DNA of 18,835 bases from a virus (IMGVR_UViG_2529292922_000019), one strand, 5' to 3'. Shown: positions 1-8,183, counted from the first letter of the stretch. Notes: generated by a model from the letters alone, not told the origin. Program-made: numbers and translations.

Positions 1-1131
1 TCAAATGACCAGTTTTTTCCATTCCTTACCGCGTGCGTCGTTGTAAATATCGGTCATTTTTTGATTCGAATGGCCTAGCAAAATTTTGGTATCAACCCCC
101 TGCTCTCTGAACAATCGCTCTGATAAAGATCTCTGCTCATGGAAAGAGGGAGGGGTGCCATTAGCACGCCAGTTGTAATCCACAGAATCCCGGGCTTTTT
201 TAAATGCAACGGTTAATGTTGCTGGCTTAACCATCCCGCCGCGCTTAGCTGTCCCTTTCGCGTGATGGTGGTGCAATAGCCACGGACTAAGAACGCAATC
301 GCGGCAGGATGACACCACATCATCCAGGGTGAGATTTAATTTATCGCAACGCAGAGCCAGAGGGATGGCAATCCGGGTTCCTGTTTTTTGCTGTTCGACA
401 TGAAGATAACCATCCCGGATATCCGAAAATTGCATTTTGCAAATATCTGAAAGGCGCTGGCCTGTCATCAGTGCCAGCAGCATACCGCGCTGTAAAAAGT
501 AACCATCCTTTTCCGCTGCGTTATAAATCATCATCCACTCATCAAAAGTCAGTCGCTGTCTTGATATCCGCACCTGCGGTTTTTTTGCCGATTCTGCAGG
601 GTTAAAGCCTGGCGGGACATCGCCCGTTTGCTGAGCTTCCCGGAAAACATCGATCAGTACTTTCCTGAAAATTTGTCCCATTCTGTTATGTCCTCTGGCC
701 TTGTACTCTTCCAGTACTGATACCACATCTTTTACGGTTATGGCATCTAACGGTCTGGTGCCAAAACGTTCATCAAATACCCTGAGAGGGGCCGCTTTCT
801 GTTTCAGCGTGTTGAGTTTGATCTCGCCGTTTTCATATCTTTCCTGTTGAATTTTTCTGTAATTATTCAGAAAAATGGTAACGGTTGATGAACCGCCGGT
901 ATCACTAATAATTTTCTCCTGCAGACTGAGCATTTGTTCCATTTGCTGCCGGGCAAGACGGCTGTTCGCTTCTGCTGCAATAGTTTCTGCCAGTTTCTGG
1001 TCAATACTGCCGAGACCGTGATTTTTGCCTGTTATGGGATGCCTGTAACGCCAGTAAACTTTGTTATTTCTTTTGTCAAAATACGGAGATAATCCCGGAA
1101 CATCGGTTTTATATTTTCGCGGGCGCGCCAT
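1..1131 (-). CDS. int: Lambda-family tyrosine integrase (site-specific recombinase)
   Basis: 376-aa ORF, stop codon at 1..3 on - strand. C-terminal region shows the HxxR ... LLGHS ... TDIY arrangement typical of tyrosine recombinase catalytic residues. Position next to xis at the prophage end. Confidence 0.85.
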   Translation of the reverse strand: MARPRKYKTDVPGLSPYFDKRNNKVYWRYRHPITGKNHGLGSIDQKLAETIAAEANSRLARQQMEQMLSLQEKIISDTGGSSTVTIFLNNYRKIQQERYENGEIKLNTLKQKAAPLRVFDERFGTRPLDAITVKDVVSVLEEYKARGHNRMGQIFRKVLIDVFREAQQTGDVPPGFNPAESAKKPQVRISRQRLTFDEWMMIYNAAEKDGYFLQRGMLLALMTGQRLSDICKMQFSDIRDGYLHVEQQKTGTRIAIPLALRCDKLNLTLDDVVSSCRDCVLSPWLLHHHHAKGTAKRGGMVKPATLTVAFKKARDSVDYNWRANGTPPSFHEQRSLSERLFREQGVDTKILLGHSNQKMTDIYNDARGKEWKKLVI

Positions 1132-1357
1132 CTTCCAGTATCCTCTTCAAAGCAGGGTGATCTGTGGCGATCACCTCCGGCTTGTTTACCATTCCGACAA
1201 AGCGAGCTTGCGGATCCACTCGCCAGCGTCTTCCAACTTTTTTGGGGAGAGGAAATATCATTCCGGCTTTAGCGTATTTACTTAACGTACTCGGAGTTGG
1301 GACCGGTTCACTGAATTCCTCTTTTGCCCACTCAGTGAGCAGAATAAGTCTTGCCAT
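1109..1357 (-). CDS. xis: Excisionase-like small DNA-binding protein (Xis/DUF1233-like)
   Basis: 82-aa ORF immediately upstream of int, 3' end overlapping the int start by 23 nt (classic int-xis overlap). Small basic protein with motif KYAKAGMIFPLPKKVGRRWRV. Family assignment from memory only. Confidence 0.6.
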   Translation of the reverse strand: MARLILLTEWAKEEFSEPVPTPSTLSKYAKAGMIFPLPKKVGRRWRVDPQARFVGMVNKPEVIATDHPALKRILEDGAPAKI

Positions 1358-1421
1358 GAGCGTCGTTCGCTAATCATGGTCGCCGCCACTATAGCTGGTG
1401 GGCAACGACCGGGGTTGAACA

Positions 1422-3893
1422 TTAAAAATCAGCCTGATTCGGGATCAGTTTTTGCCAGATAACTGAAACGTATTTTGCTTGGTAACGGGCGTCATCAAGT
1501 GCATTATGGCGCTCACCTTCGAATGGAATAGCCGTTCTGGCATCGAAGTCTATGGCTTTCCCCAGCTCAACGATTGTGCGTACATCGCGATCGTTGTAGT
1601 AACGCCACGGGCAGGGGATCCCCTGCCGTTCGTATGAACGGCGCAAAATCGTGTTGTCGAAGTTGGCTCCATTTCCCCAGACCTGAACAAAAAATTCACC
1701 GGAGTTTTCGTCGATAAATTCCCGCAATTGTAACAGTGCATCATCTAACGGGATTTCATCGGTCATAATGGCAGATTGCGCTTCGCGTGATTGCTTAAGC
1801 CACCATTTAATGGTGTCCCGATCAATGACCCCGCCAGCAGTTTCCAGATCGATAGTCTTACTAAATTCCGGTCCCATATCTCCGGTTTGCGGATCGAAAA
1901 ATATTGCACCTATTGAGATGATCGGGGCATCAGGATTTTTTCCCATGGTTTCAAGGTCGATCATTAGATGGTCACACGTCCTGCTGGTGGATGTGATTTC
2001 GTGATGACCGTTCACCTTAATTGAGTGATCTGCCGTCTCGCCAGTTTCATTATCGCTATCGTGATGCTGATTGCCGTCAGTGTTCTCCTTGTGTGGATGT
2101 TCAGCGCCTTCCATTTCCTCCGGATCATCTTCCTGAACTTCAACCTGATACTCTTCATCGAATGTTTCCTGGTATGTTGCGTCGCCCATCACCGCGCCAC
2201 AATCAGGGCAGTTGCCGCCGCCGGTCTGACCGCAGGCGGTGCAGACTTTTTCCACTTCCTGTTGCGCCACTGGTTCAGGCTGTTTCGTTTCTGGCTCGTT
2301 TTGTAACGCATTTGGGCTGTTTTGTTCCGCTTTCTGGCCGTTCTGTTCCGTTTCTTGCTGGTTCTGATTCACTGAATCGCGGGTTTCAATCCCCTTCACC
2401 CATTTCGGATCATTCTGGTCGCTAATCCCTGCAACAAATTCTCCGCGAGAGGCAGCAAGCAACTTATCGGCGTCAGGCTGGCTGATATTGGCTGCCTGCA
2501 TAATTTTGTTTACTTCGTCAGCGGTAACTTTTACCGGCTCTGGTTGTGCGGTCGTGTCAGATGCACCAGTATTTTGTTGTGAACCTGAGTATGTACTGTT
2601 TTTGCGGGCGAAATATTCTTCTTTCGTGATTTCAGTAGCCCCGGCAGCCAGCGCCTTATCCAGACCAGAAAGTTTGTTTGCGCGACCGTATTTTTCGCCA
2701 TCCTTGTCGGTGAAGAGGAAGTAGAACGGCCCTTCACGCTCTACAGATGGTTCGACTTCCACTTTGCATTCGGTTTTTTCGTTGTCCGGAATTGCCGTTT
2801 CCACTGCATCAGTTTCTGGTACTGGCGACGAGAGAGTATCAGTTGCGCTCTGATTTCTTCCTTCATCTTCAAACACGCCCTTTGTAGTCAGGTATTCAGT
2901 AATGTATTTGTTCAGTGCCACAGGGTCTTTGTGAATGTCGATCGGACGTTCACGGACAAGGCCAAAAATAGTCTGGCGGTCGTAGCGAAGGGCATCAGGC
3001 TGTTTGCGCATTGATGCCGAGATACGCTTCCAGTCTTCGCGGTCGTTGTCGATAACTTCATTTTTTGCCCAGCGATGGATGCTGCCGTCAATGTTTCCGG
3101 CATCCACATCACCAGGCCAGAGAGCGTAGGCCAGTTCGTCATCCAGTGTTTTCCATGTCTGCTTGTATTCGCGATGAATGGCAGCAATGACCGGGCTGAT
3201 TTTTCCTGTTGAATTTTCAGTGTGCTGTTGATTGGCTCTGGCGCGGGCGAGATCAACAACAGACGTGTATTTTCCGGTTTCCTTGCGTTCACCTTCGCGA
3301 CGTTTTTTCCAGATGCGCATCTCTGCCTGAATTTCGGGCCATTTGGCACCAGGCTTACATTTATGCTTAACCCACCCGATGGCATGCAGCTTAAGCTCCG
3401 GATACATGGCGTTAACTTCTGGCATTTTCATCAACGCTTCAACGATATGTCCGTCGAATGTTGCCATGTCTTCCTGCAACAATTCCTGTGCGCTAATAAC
3501 CATATCAACGGTGATGTTTTCACATGTGTCGAACTTAACCATGACAGCGTTCGGTACTTCAGGGGCCAGCTTGTCAAAAGTGACGTTCATCGGATCTGAT
3601 TCAGTCTCAACCGGGACAAAGGAAGCAGACTCCTCATCCCAGCGGTTTTCCTGCATATATTCAGCATCCCAGGAATCGAGGGCAGGGCGGGGTATGCCGG
3701 GTTTATCCTCACAGACAATAAATTTATAAGCGCAGTCCTGAGCTGCAGGGAATTGCTCCAGAAATTGCCAATGAAATTTTGCGCGTGCGCGACGCTCATC
3801 ACCAGCTTCAATGGCAGTGGCCACCGCAACAGCGCTATCTTCTTTTATGGCCTGTTCATCAGGAATAGCAGCGCAAATAAAGACTTTACTCAT
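1422..3893 (-). CDS. Large prophage exonuclease with C-terminal DEDDh (DnaQ-like) 3'-5' exonuclease domain; commonly annotated exodeoxyribonuclease VIII-like in lambdoid prophages
   Basis: 823-aa intact ORF. C-terminus carries Exo motifs (IDLETMG; WGNGANFDNTIL; HNALDDARY). Central Q/N/E-rich low-complexity linker and a CxxC-x7-CxxC zinc-ribbon-like motif. Sits in the exo/bet position of a lambdoid early-left operon. Confidence 0.75.
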   Translation of the reverse strand: MSKVFICAAIPDEQAIKEDSAVAVATAIEAGDERRARAKFHWQFLEQFPAAQDCAYKFIVCEDKPGIPRPALDSWDAEYMQENRWDEESASFVPVETESDPMNVTFDKLAPEVPNAVMVKFDTCENITVDMVISAQELLQEDMATFDGHIVEALMKMPEVNAMYPELKLHAIGWVKHKCKPGAKWPEIQAEMRIWKKRREGERKETGKYTSVVDLARARANQQHTENSTGKISPVIAAIHREYKQTWKTLDDELAYALWPGDVDAGNIDGSIHRWAKNEVIDNDREDWKRISASMRKQPDALRYDRQTIFGLVRERPIDIHKDPVALNKYITEYLTTKGVFEDEGRNQSATDTLSSPVPETDAVETAIPDNEKTECKVEVEPSVEREGPFYFLFTDKDGEKYGRANKLSGLDKALAAGATEITKEEYFARKNSTYSGSQQNTGASDTTAQPEPVKVTADEVNKIMQAANISQPDADKLLAASRGEFVAGISDQNDPKWVKGIETRDSVNQNQQETEQNGQKAEQNSPNALQNEPETKQPEPVAQQEVEKVCTACGQTGGGNCPDCGAVMGDATYQETFDEEYQVEVQEDDPEEMEGAEHPHKENTDGNQHHDSDNETGETADHSIKVNGHHEITSTSRTCDHLMIDLETMGKNPDAPIISIGAIFFDPQTGDMGPEFSKTIDLETAGGVIDRDTIKWWLKQSREAQSAIMTDEIPLDDALLQLREFIDENSGEFFVQVWGNGANFDNTILRRSYERQGIPCPWRYYNDRDVRTIVELGKAIDFDARTAIPFEGERHNALDDARYQAKYVSVIWQKLIPNQADF

Positions 3894-3985
3894 TTTGTTT
3901 TACCTCATTACAGATTTAAGGGTGAACAAATCCCTGCCATTGCTGGCATATAAGAATGAAACCGGATGTTTATTACGGAACTGTT

Positions 3986-4177
3986 TTAAAGACCTGCCGG
4001 GATTTCGTTATTATCCTGGTGAATAACTTTATCGACCGGGTAACAGTTACCGGGAATTTTCTGTTCGGTTGCTGCAGTCACACACTCCTGCATTGTCCTG
4101 TGAACACTGACTGCAATATCAACTGGCTCTCCGGAAACAAGAAAAACTGTCAGAACAAGTGCAAATGCTGTATTCAT
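3986..4177 (-). CDS. ydfD: YdfD-like small lysis/toxic peptide with N-terminal hydrophobic segment (63 aa)
   Basis: Internal ATG of ORF 3986..4231 gives MNTAFALVLTVFLVSGEPVD..., recalled as Qin YdfD. Start overlaps the dicB stop as ATGA (translational coupling). Alternative upstream starts exist at 4186 and 4231. Confidence 0.55.
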   Translation of the reverse strand: MNTAFALVLTVFLVSGEPVDIAVSVHRTMQECVTAATEQKIPGNCYPVDKVIHQDNNEIPAGL

Positions 4178-4362
4178 TGCCAGCATCCTTTTTGTATCGG
4201 ACGTAAACGGGCCAGCATTGAAAGAATGCATATTTTATTTAATAGCTCCCGTTCGTGTTTTCTCTTGTTAATGGCATCTTCAGTAAATACAGGGTTACTG
4301 ATAGTGACACCAATTTCAAAACAACCTTCAGACGTATTAACGTTTGGTAATAACGTTTCCAT
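4174..4362 (-). CDS. dicB: Cell division inhibitor DicB (62 aa)
   Basis: Internal Met of ORF 4174..4467 yields METLLPNVNTSEGCFEIGVTISNPVFTEDAINKRK...KGCWQ, matching remembered Qin DicB almost residue for residue. Lies directly downstream of DicF as in the dicB operon. Confidence 0.8.
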   Translation of the reverse strand: METLLPNVNTSEGCFEIGVTISNPVFTEDAINKRKHERELLNKICILSMLARLRPIQKGCWQ

Positions 4363-4533
4363 TATCGCGTCCTCAACAATGAATTTTGTGATGTGGTGCC
4401 TGGTGCCTCCAGGTGACGTTAACCAGTTAACAATTAACGCCGGATACAGAGAATCCACCCATAACACTGTTTTTGGTTTTAACTGTTCCGCGTGCGCTCA
4501 GCCGCATTCACCGCATCACAAAATTCACTTTAA

Positions 4534-4589
4534 AAACGGCGGCAGAGCAGTCACGGAGTAAAACTGATACCGCCAAACGTCACCAGAAA
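4534..4589 (-). ncRNA. dicF: DicF small regulatory RNA (ftsZ-targeting sRNA) with intrinsic terminator hairpin
   Basis: Reverse complement of 4537..4589 reads TTTCTGGTGACGTTTGGCGGTATCAGTTTTACTCCGTGACTGCTCTGCCGCC, matching the remembered 53-nt DicF sequence, followed by a T-run (A-run 4532..4536 on + strand). Located immediately upstream of dicB. Confidence 0.8.
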
Positions 4590-4920
4590 ATTGATAACAG
4601 AGGGCGTTGCAGCGGGGTTGTCGCTTAAGCGTATGGTCAACCTGACAACCCGGTGTCCTCAACGGGGAAGGAATAACCCCGCCATACTTACCGCCGCGCC
4701 ATTTCGCGGAGTGCCACAACCGGAAGCGCACGGTCGAACTAAATTTAACGACACCGTACAGAGAGACCAATTTCGCCGTGCGCTTTCGCGTTATGCCCTG
4801 ACTTTTCAGGGACATATCCTTTCAGTAAACTGTCAGTGCCGGATGTTCACCCGTGTCCGGCGCACGCACTCCACCTGACCCGTGGAGAACTCCTTAATTA
4901 CCAACCCTCAGGAGGGTGAA

Positions 4921-5178
4921 ATGGATAAAAAGCAAATTGAGGCCCTGCAATCTATTATTGAAAAACAAGATGAAGCTATCAGGATTCTTTCATATCGCAC
5001 TGATATGATACTAAATATGCTTTCTGCATTAACGGCTGCGCTTGGTGGTACAAAAACAAACGTATACCGCGAAGTTGTTATTCAACAGATAGATAAATTT
5101 GAAAAACCATACCAGGTATTAATGCTCATCTTGCAGAACAAGAGAAAGACCATGCTCTTATGGCAATTTCTTCAGTAG
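4921..5178 (+). CDS. Hypothetical small helical protein (about 85 aa), antisense to the leftward early operon
   Basis: Strong SD (AGGAGG, 5-nt spacer) before ATG at 4921. AT-rich. 3' end overlaps the convergent 133-aa gene by 21 nt. No recognisable domain. Confidence 0.4.
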   Translation: MDKKQIEALQSIIEKQDEAIRILSYRTDMILNMLSALTAALGGTKTNVYREVVIQQIDKFEKPYQVLMLILQNKRKTMLLWQFLQ

Positions 5179-5559
5179 CTCTCCCGAAAGTTGAGTAGTT
5201 TTAATTGTTGTTTTGAAATAATCACTGCTTTCACATTTGAGTGATTTCATGGCAATCCAAATGCGGGCCTCTGTGCCTGCATTTGGTTCCAGTTGCTGTA
5301 GACGTTTTGCGTCTTCCAAAAGTAAGGCGATAATGTGTTTCAGCTTCTCATCATTTGCTTGATTCTTGTTTTCAGGCGAATTCTGTCCGCCGAATAGGCG
5401 CTTCTCTTCATACAGACCTATAAAGGCACGACGCACGTTACCGGATATAGTATCGATGGTTTCTTTTTCTACGGTACTCAGGTCAAGAGTCGCCAGTTGA
5501 GAGCGAACCACATTCGATGCCATTTCCTGGAATGGTACTGGTAAATCTTTAAATTCCAT
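5158..5559 (-). CDS. Hypothetical protein (about 133 aa, alpha-helical), second gene of the repressor-proximal leftward module
   Basis: ORF 5158..5571; preferred start ATG at 5559 preceded by GAGG with 6-nt spacing. The ORF-track start at 5571 lacks an SD and overlaps the upstream stop as TGATG. AT-rich. No recognised family. Confidence 0.5.
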   Translation of the reverse strand: MEFKDLPVPFQEMASNVVRSQLATLDLSTVEKETIDTISGNVRRAFIGLYEEKRLFGGQNSPENKNQANDEKLKHIIALLLEDAKRLQQLEPNAGTEARIWIAMKSLKCESSDYFKTTIKTTQLSGELLKKLP

Positions 5560-5570
5560 CGTCAACCTCA

Positions 5571-5723
5571 TCAGTCAGTGTTTCTGGTTAACCAGCGACG
5601 CGCGCCAGCTTCAGTTTTAAACGTTTTGCTTCTGGTATACGTCATCGCGGTAAACGTGCCGTCCTGGTTGGGGAACACGCCACATACCAGAGATTCGTTG
5701 TTGCCAAGATTGAGCATATCCAT
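5571..5723 (-). CDS. ydfA: YdfA-like (DUF1391-type) small protein, about 50 aa
   Basis: Internal ATG preceded by GAGG-N5. Product MDMLNLGNNESLVCGVFPNQDGTFTAMTYTRSKTFKTEAGARRWL resembles remembered Qin YdfA. First gene downstream of the leftward operator region. A longer 77-aa form starting at 5804 is possible. Confidence 0.5.
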   Translation of the reverse strand: MDMLNLGNNESLVCGVFPNQDGTFTAMTYTRSKTFKTEAGARRWLTRNTD

Positions 5724-5904
5724 GTTGACCTCATTTCCCCTTAACGCCGGGGTAGCGGAACAAAAACCTGCTGCATAGTTATTAAAGTTGAACCCTGCCG
5801 TCATGTTCTTACGCCTCGGGCTGGCTACTTAACCCCTGACCACTGCCTGGTAACTCGAAGTATTGCCCTGCATTCTGTGGGGCGGGGTGGGTTGGTATGA
5901 AAAG

Positions 5905-5950
5905 AAGGATACCCATAGGTATTTAAAAGGTAAATACCCATGGGTAAATT
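5905..5950 (-). promoter_or_regulatory. OL-like operator pair (TACC-N4-GGTA palindromes) overlapping a putative leftward early promoter
   Basis: Palindromes ATACCCATAGGTAT (5909..5922) and TACCCATGGGTA (5935..5946, perfect). On the - strand a -35 TTTACC (5948..5943) and -10 TAAATA (5925..5920) with a 17-bp spacer overlap these sites. Confidence 0.45.
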
Positions 5951-5988
5951 TTTGCGGGGTCTTAACTGGTGACTAGTTGTTTGGTGAG

Positions 5989-6407
5989 CTATGATGCGTT
6001 TTGTGCTTTCTTTTTACGGATTTCTTCGTAGATCATATTGTAATACTGTTTTTTCTCTTCAAGAGTTTTTAATAATTTATCCGCTTCACTTTCTGGCAGT
6101 TCGTCTAAGAGATCTAAAAAAATACGTTGTCGTGGCGTTAGAACCCTTGTTTCATAACTGGAGGCTGTGTTCGTTGATGATGAAACGATACCATCCATCC
6201 ATCCCCGGGGTAACCCAAAGGACTCTTCGATAATCTCCACCATATCATCAGCGATCCGTTTTTTCCCTTTTTCCCCTCTGGGTACAACATTCTTGATACA
6301 TAAGAAGGCTCGCGCCCGATCTTTCTGGCCACGTTAACCGCTTTACCATCGCATTTCTCATCACGAATTTTGATGAGTTGCTGTCGTCTAAATTCATATT
6401 TGTCCAT
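5989..6407 (-). pseudogene. DicA/cI-like HTH repressor, reading frame interrupted by a 1-nt deletion in a homopolymer (possibly a sequencing artefact)
   Basis: Two overlapping ORFs (6138..6407 with the HTH; 5989..6243 with a DicA-like C-terminus LTPRQRIFLDLLDELPESEADKLL). One extra T in the T6 run 6259..6264 would fuse them into a single protein of about 139 aa. Confidence 0.65.
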
Positions 6408-6425
6408 AGGTAAATAATAGATGCG

Positions 6426-6478
6426 ATTACCGCAAGGTAAACAACCTGTGGGTATTGACTTTTGTTTACCTGCGGGTG
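6426..6478. promoter_or_regulatory. OR-like operator cluster: three TACC-N4-GGTA-type sites between the repressor and cro-like genes
   Basis: TTACCGCAAGGTAA (6427..6440), AACCTGTGGGTA (6443..6454) and TTACCTGCGGGTG (6464..6476). A -35-like TTGACT lies at 6455..6460. Same half-site architecture as the sites at 5909..5946. Confidence 0.45.
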
Positions 6479-6507
6479 TTCTTTGCTGTGTTTACTAAGG
6501 AGTAGCT

Positions 6508-6789
6508 ATGGAAGAATTAAGAATATTTCTCAATTCTCTTTCGTCAGATGAACAGCGTATGTTTGCATGCGAGTGTGGTACCAGCATCGGTTATCTAAGA
6601 AAGGCATTGAGTAAAGGTCAAGTGTTAGGGGCATCGTTATGTGTCCTTATTGAGCGAGCCAGTAATGGTGAAGTTACACGTCAGCAACTAAGGCCTTTTG
6701 ATTGGATGAATATTTGGCCCGAGCTGGAAGATACCAAAACGTTAACACAACCACTTTCTAGGAGCTTGATTCATGAAAATCAAGCATGA
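6508..6789 (+). CDS. Cro-like / YdaS-family DNA-binding protein
   Basis: 93-aa ORF divergent from the repressor, SD AGGAG upstream. Pattern ...GTSIGYLRKALSKGQ...LRPFDWMNIWPEL resembles YdaS-family Cro analogues (recalled). Confidence 0.6.
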   Translation: MEELRIFLNSLSSDEQRMFACECGTSIGYLRKALSKGQVLGASLCVLIERASNGEVTRQQLRPFDWMNIWPELEDTKTLTQPLSRSLIHENQA

Positions 6790-7198
6790 ACACATCCGCA
6801 TGGCGATGAATGTCTGGGCGCATCCGGACGGCGAAAAAGTGCCGGCTGCGAAAATTACCAAAGCGTATTTCGAGCTGGGAATGACGTTCCCGGAACTGTA
6901 TGACGACAGCCATCCGGAAGCCCTGGCCCGTAATACCCAGAAAATTTTCCGTTGGCTGGATAAAGACACCCCTGATGCTGTTGAAAAAATGCAGGCTCTG
7001 TTACCGGCGATCGAAAAGGCGATGCCGCCTTTGCTGGTGGCCCGTATGCGCAGCCACAGTTCTGAATATTACCGTGAGATCGTCGAACGGAGGGATCGGC
7101 TGGTGAAGGATGTCGATGATTTTGTTGCGTCAGCGGTTGTTTTGTATGACCAGATGAATCGCGGCGGCCCGGCAGGGAATGCTGTGGTGATGCACTAA
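6773..7198 (+). CDS. YdaT-family protein (functional analogue of cII; toxic when derepressed in Rac)
   Basis: 141-aa ORF overlapping the cro-like gene end. N-terminus MKIKHEHIRMAMN...GMTFPELYDDSHPEALARNTQKIFRW matches remembered YdaT. Confidence 0.65.
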   Translation: MKIKHEHIRMAMNVWAHPDGEKVPAAKITKAYFELGMTFPELYDDSHPEALARNTQKIFRWLDKDTPDAVEKMQALLPAIEKAMPPLLVARMRSHSSEYYREIVERRDRLVKDVDDFVASAVVLYDQMNRGGPAGNAVVMH

Positions 7199-7220
7199 AA
7201 GCACGGTGTTCGGGGGTTTT

Positions 7221-8183
7221 ATGAGCAGCAAGCTTCATGGTCTTGTCTGGGAAGGGTGCGCCTTCACCGGCATGATCTTATCCAGGGTGGCGGTTATGGC
7301 CCGTCTTGCAGACTACAGCAATGACGAGGGCGTGTCATGGCCTGCCATTGAAACTATCCGGCGTCAGATCGGTGCAAGAAGTGAATCCACAGTGAAATCG
7401 GCTATTGCAGAACTGGCGAAAGAGGGCTGGCTGACGAAGGAAGAGCGTAAGGTCGGTGGGCGTAATGTAAGCAATATCTATCGGCTTAATGTGGAAAAAC
7501 TCGAAGCAGCTGCGGCGGCGGCGCGTGAGTCATATAAACCGAAAAGAAAAATTAGCCCGGCAAAAAATGACCCGTTAACAGTTGACCCGTCAAATATTGA
7601 CCCCTCAACGGTTGACCCGTCAAATTTTGATGGATCAACTGTTGATAAAAAACTGCCGATTAGGGGGGCGATGATTGACCCCGATCCGTCAGTATTAAAA
7701 CCTGATCCGTCAGATAAAAGATCTTCTTGTCCGGACGCTTCGCAACCGGACCCGCAGACGGCTGAACAGGATTTTTTAACCCGACACCCTGACGCGGTTG
7801 TGTTCAGTGCGAAAAAACGCCAGTGGGGAAGTCAGGAAGATTTGGTGTGCGCACAGTGGATCTGGGGACGAATCGTGAGTCTTTACGAGCAGGCGGCCAG
7901 CTATGATGGCGAGATCGCTAGACCGAAAGAACCCAACTGGACAGCATGGGCCAATGACGTTCGCACAATGCGGATGCTGGATGGCAGAACTCACAGACAA
8001 ATTTGTGAAATGTTTGGGCGTCTCCAGCGGGATTCGTTCTGGGTAAAAAACATCATGAGTCCGGCAAAACTCCGGGAAAAATGGGATGAACTGGTTATCC
8101 GCCTGGGGCGTTCGCCTGCGCAGCGTTGCGTGAATCACATTTCTGAACCGGACACTGAAATTCCGCCGGGCTTCAGGGGGTAA
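7221..8183 (+). CDS. Phage replication initiation protein (O-like; N-terminal winged-helix, internal iteron-encoded linker)
   Basis: ORF 7206..8183 (GTG); preferred ATG at 7221 with G-rich SD. N-terminal HTH-like segment. Contains the direct DNA repeats at 7567..7655 that encode repeated TVDPSN(I/F)D peptides, as in lambda O/ori. Confidence 0.6.
   Translation: MSSKLHGLVWEGCAFTGMILSRVAVMARLADYSNDEGVSWPAIETIRRQIGARSESTVKSAIAELAKEGWLTKEERKVGGRNVSNIYRLNVEKLEAAAAAARESYKPKRKISPAKNDPLTVDPSNIDPSTVDPSNFDGSTVDKKLPIRGAMIDPDPSVLKPDPSDKRSSCPDASQPDPQTAEQDFLTRHPDAVVFSAKKRQWGSQEDLVCAQWIWGRIVSLYEQAASYDGEIARPKEPNWTAWANDVRTMRMLDGRTHRQICEMFGRLQRDSFWVKNIMSPAKLREKWDELVIRLGRSPAQRCVNHISEPDTEIPPGFRG
7567..7655 (+). 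repeat. Iteron-like direct repeats inside the replication gene (putative origin)
   Basis: Four tandem copies of TTGACCC(G/C)T(C/T)AA at roughly 15-bp period (7567, 7582, 7597, 7612), followed by degenerate copies and an A-rich stretch. Further GATCCGTCAG repeats at 7686..7713. Confidence 0.5.

Noticed and set aside
1768-3829. Multiple + strand ORFs (for example 2021..2425, 3222..3599, 3343..3729) and short - strand ORFs inside the exonuclease gene
   Set aside because: They lie antisense to or out of frame within a long, well-supported 823-aa ORF, with no start signals; they are frame shadows.
3956-4561. 201-aa + strand ORF overlapping ydfD, dicB and DicF
   Set aside because: Antisense to three features supported by near-exact remembered sequence; Cys-rich, low-complexity translation; no RBS.
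4525-4878. ORFs on both strands (4525..4815 -, 4591..4878 +) in the GC-rich leader upstream of DicF
   Set aside because: The - strand ORF runs through the DicF RNA itself and has a poorly spaced SD; the + strand ORF starts at TTG and is Arg-rich. The region is more plausibly the untranslated precursor of DicF, though a YdfC-like gene cannot be excluded.
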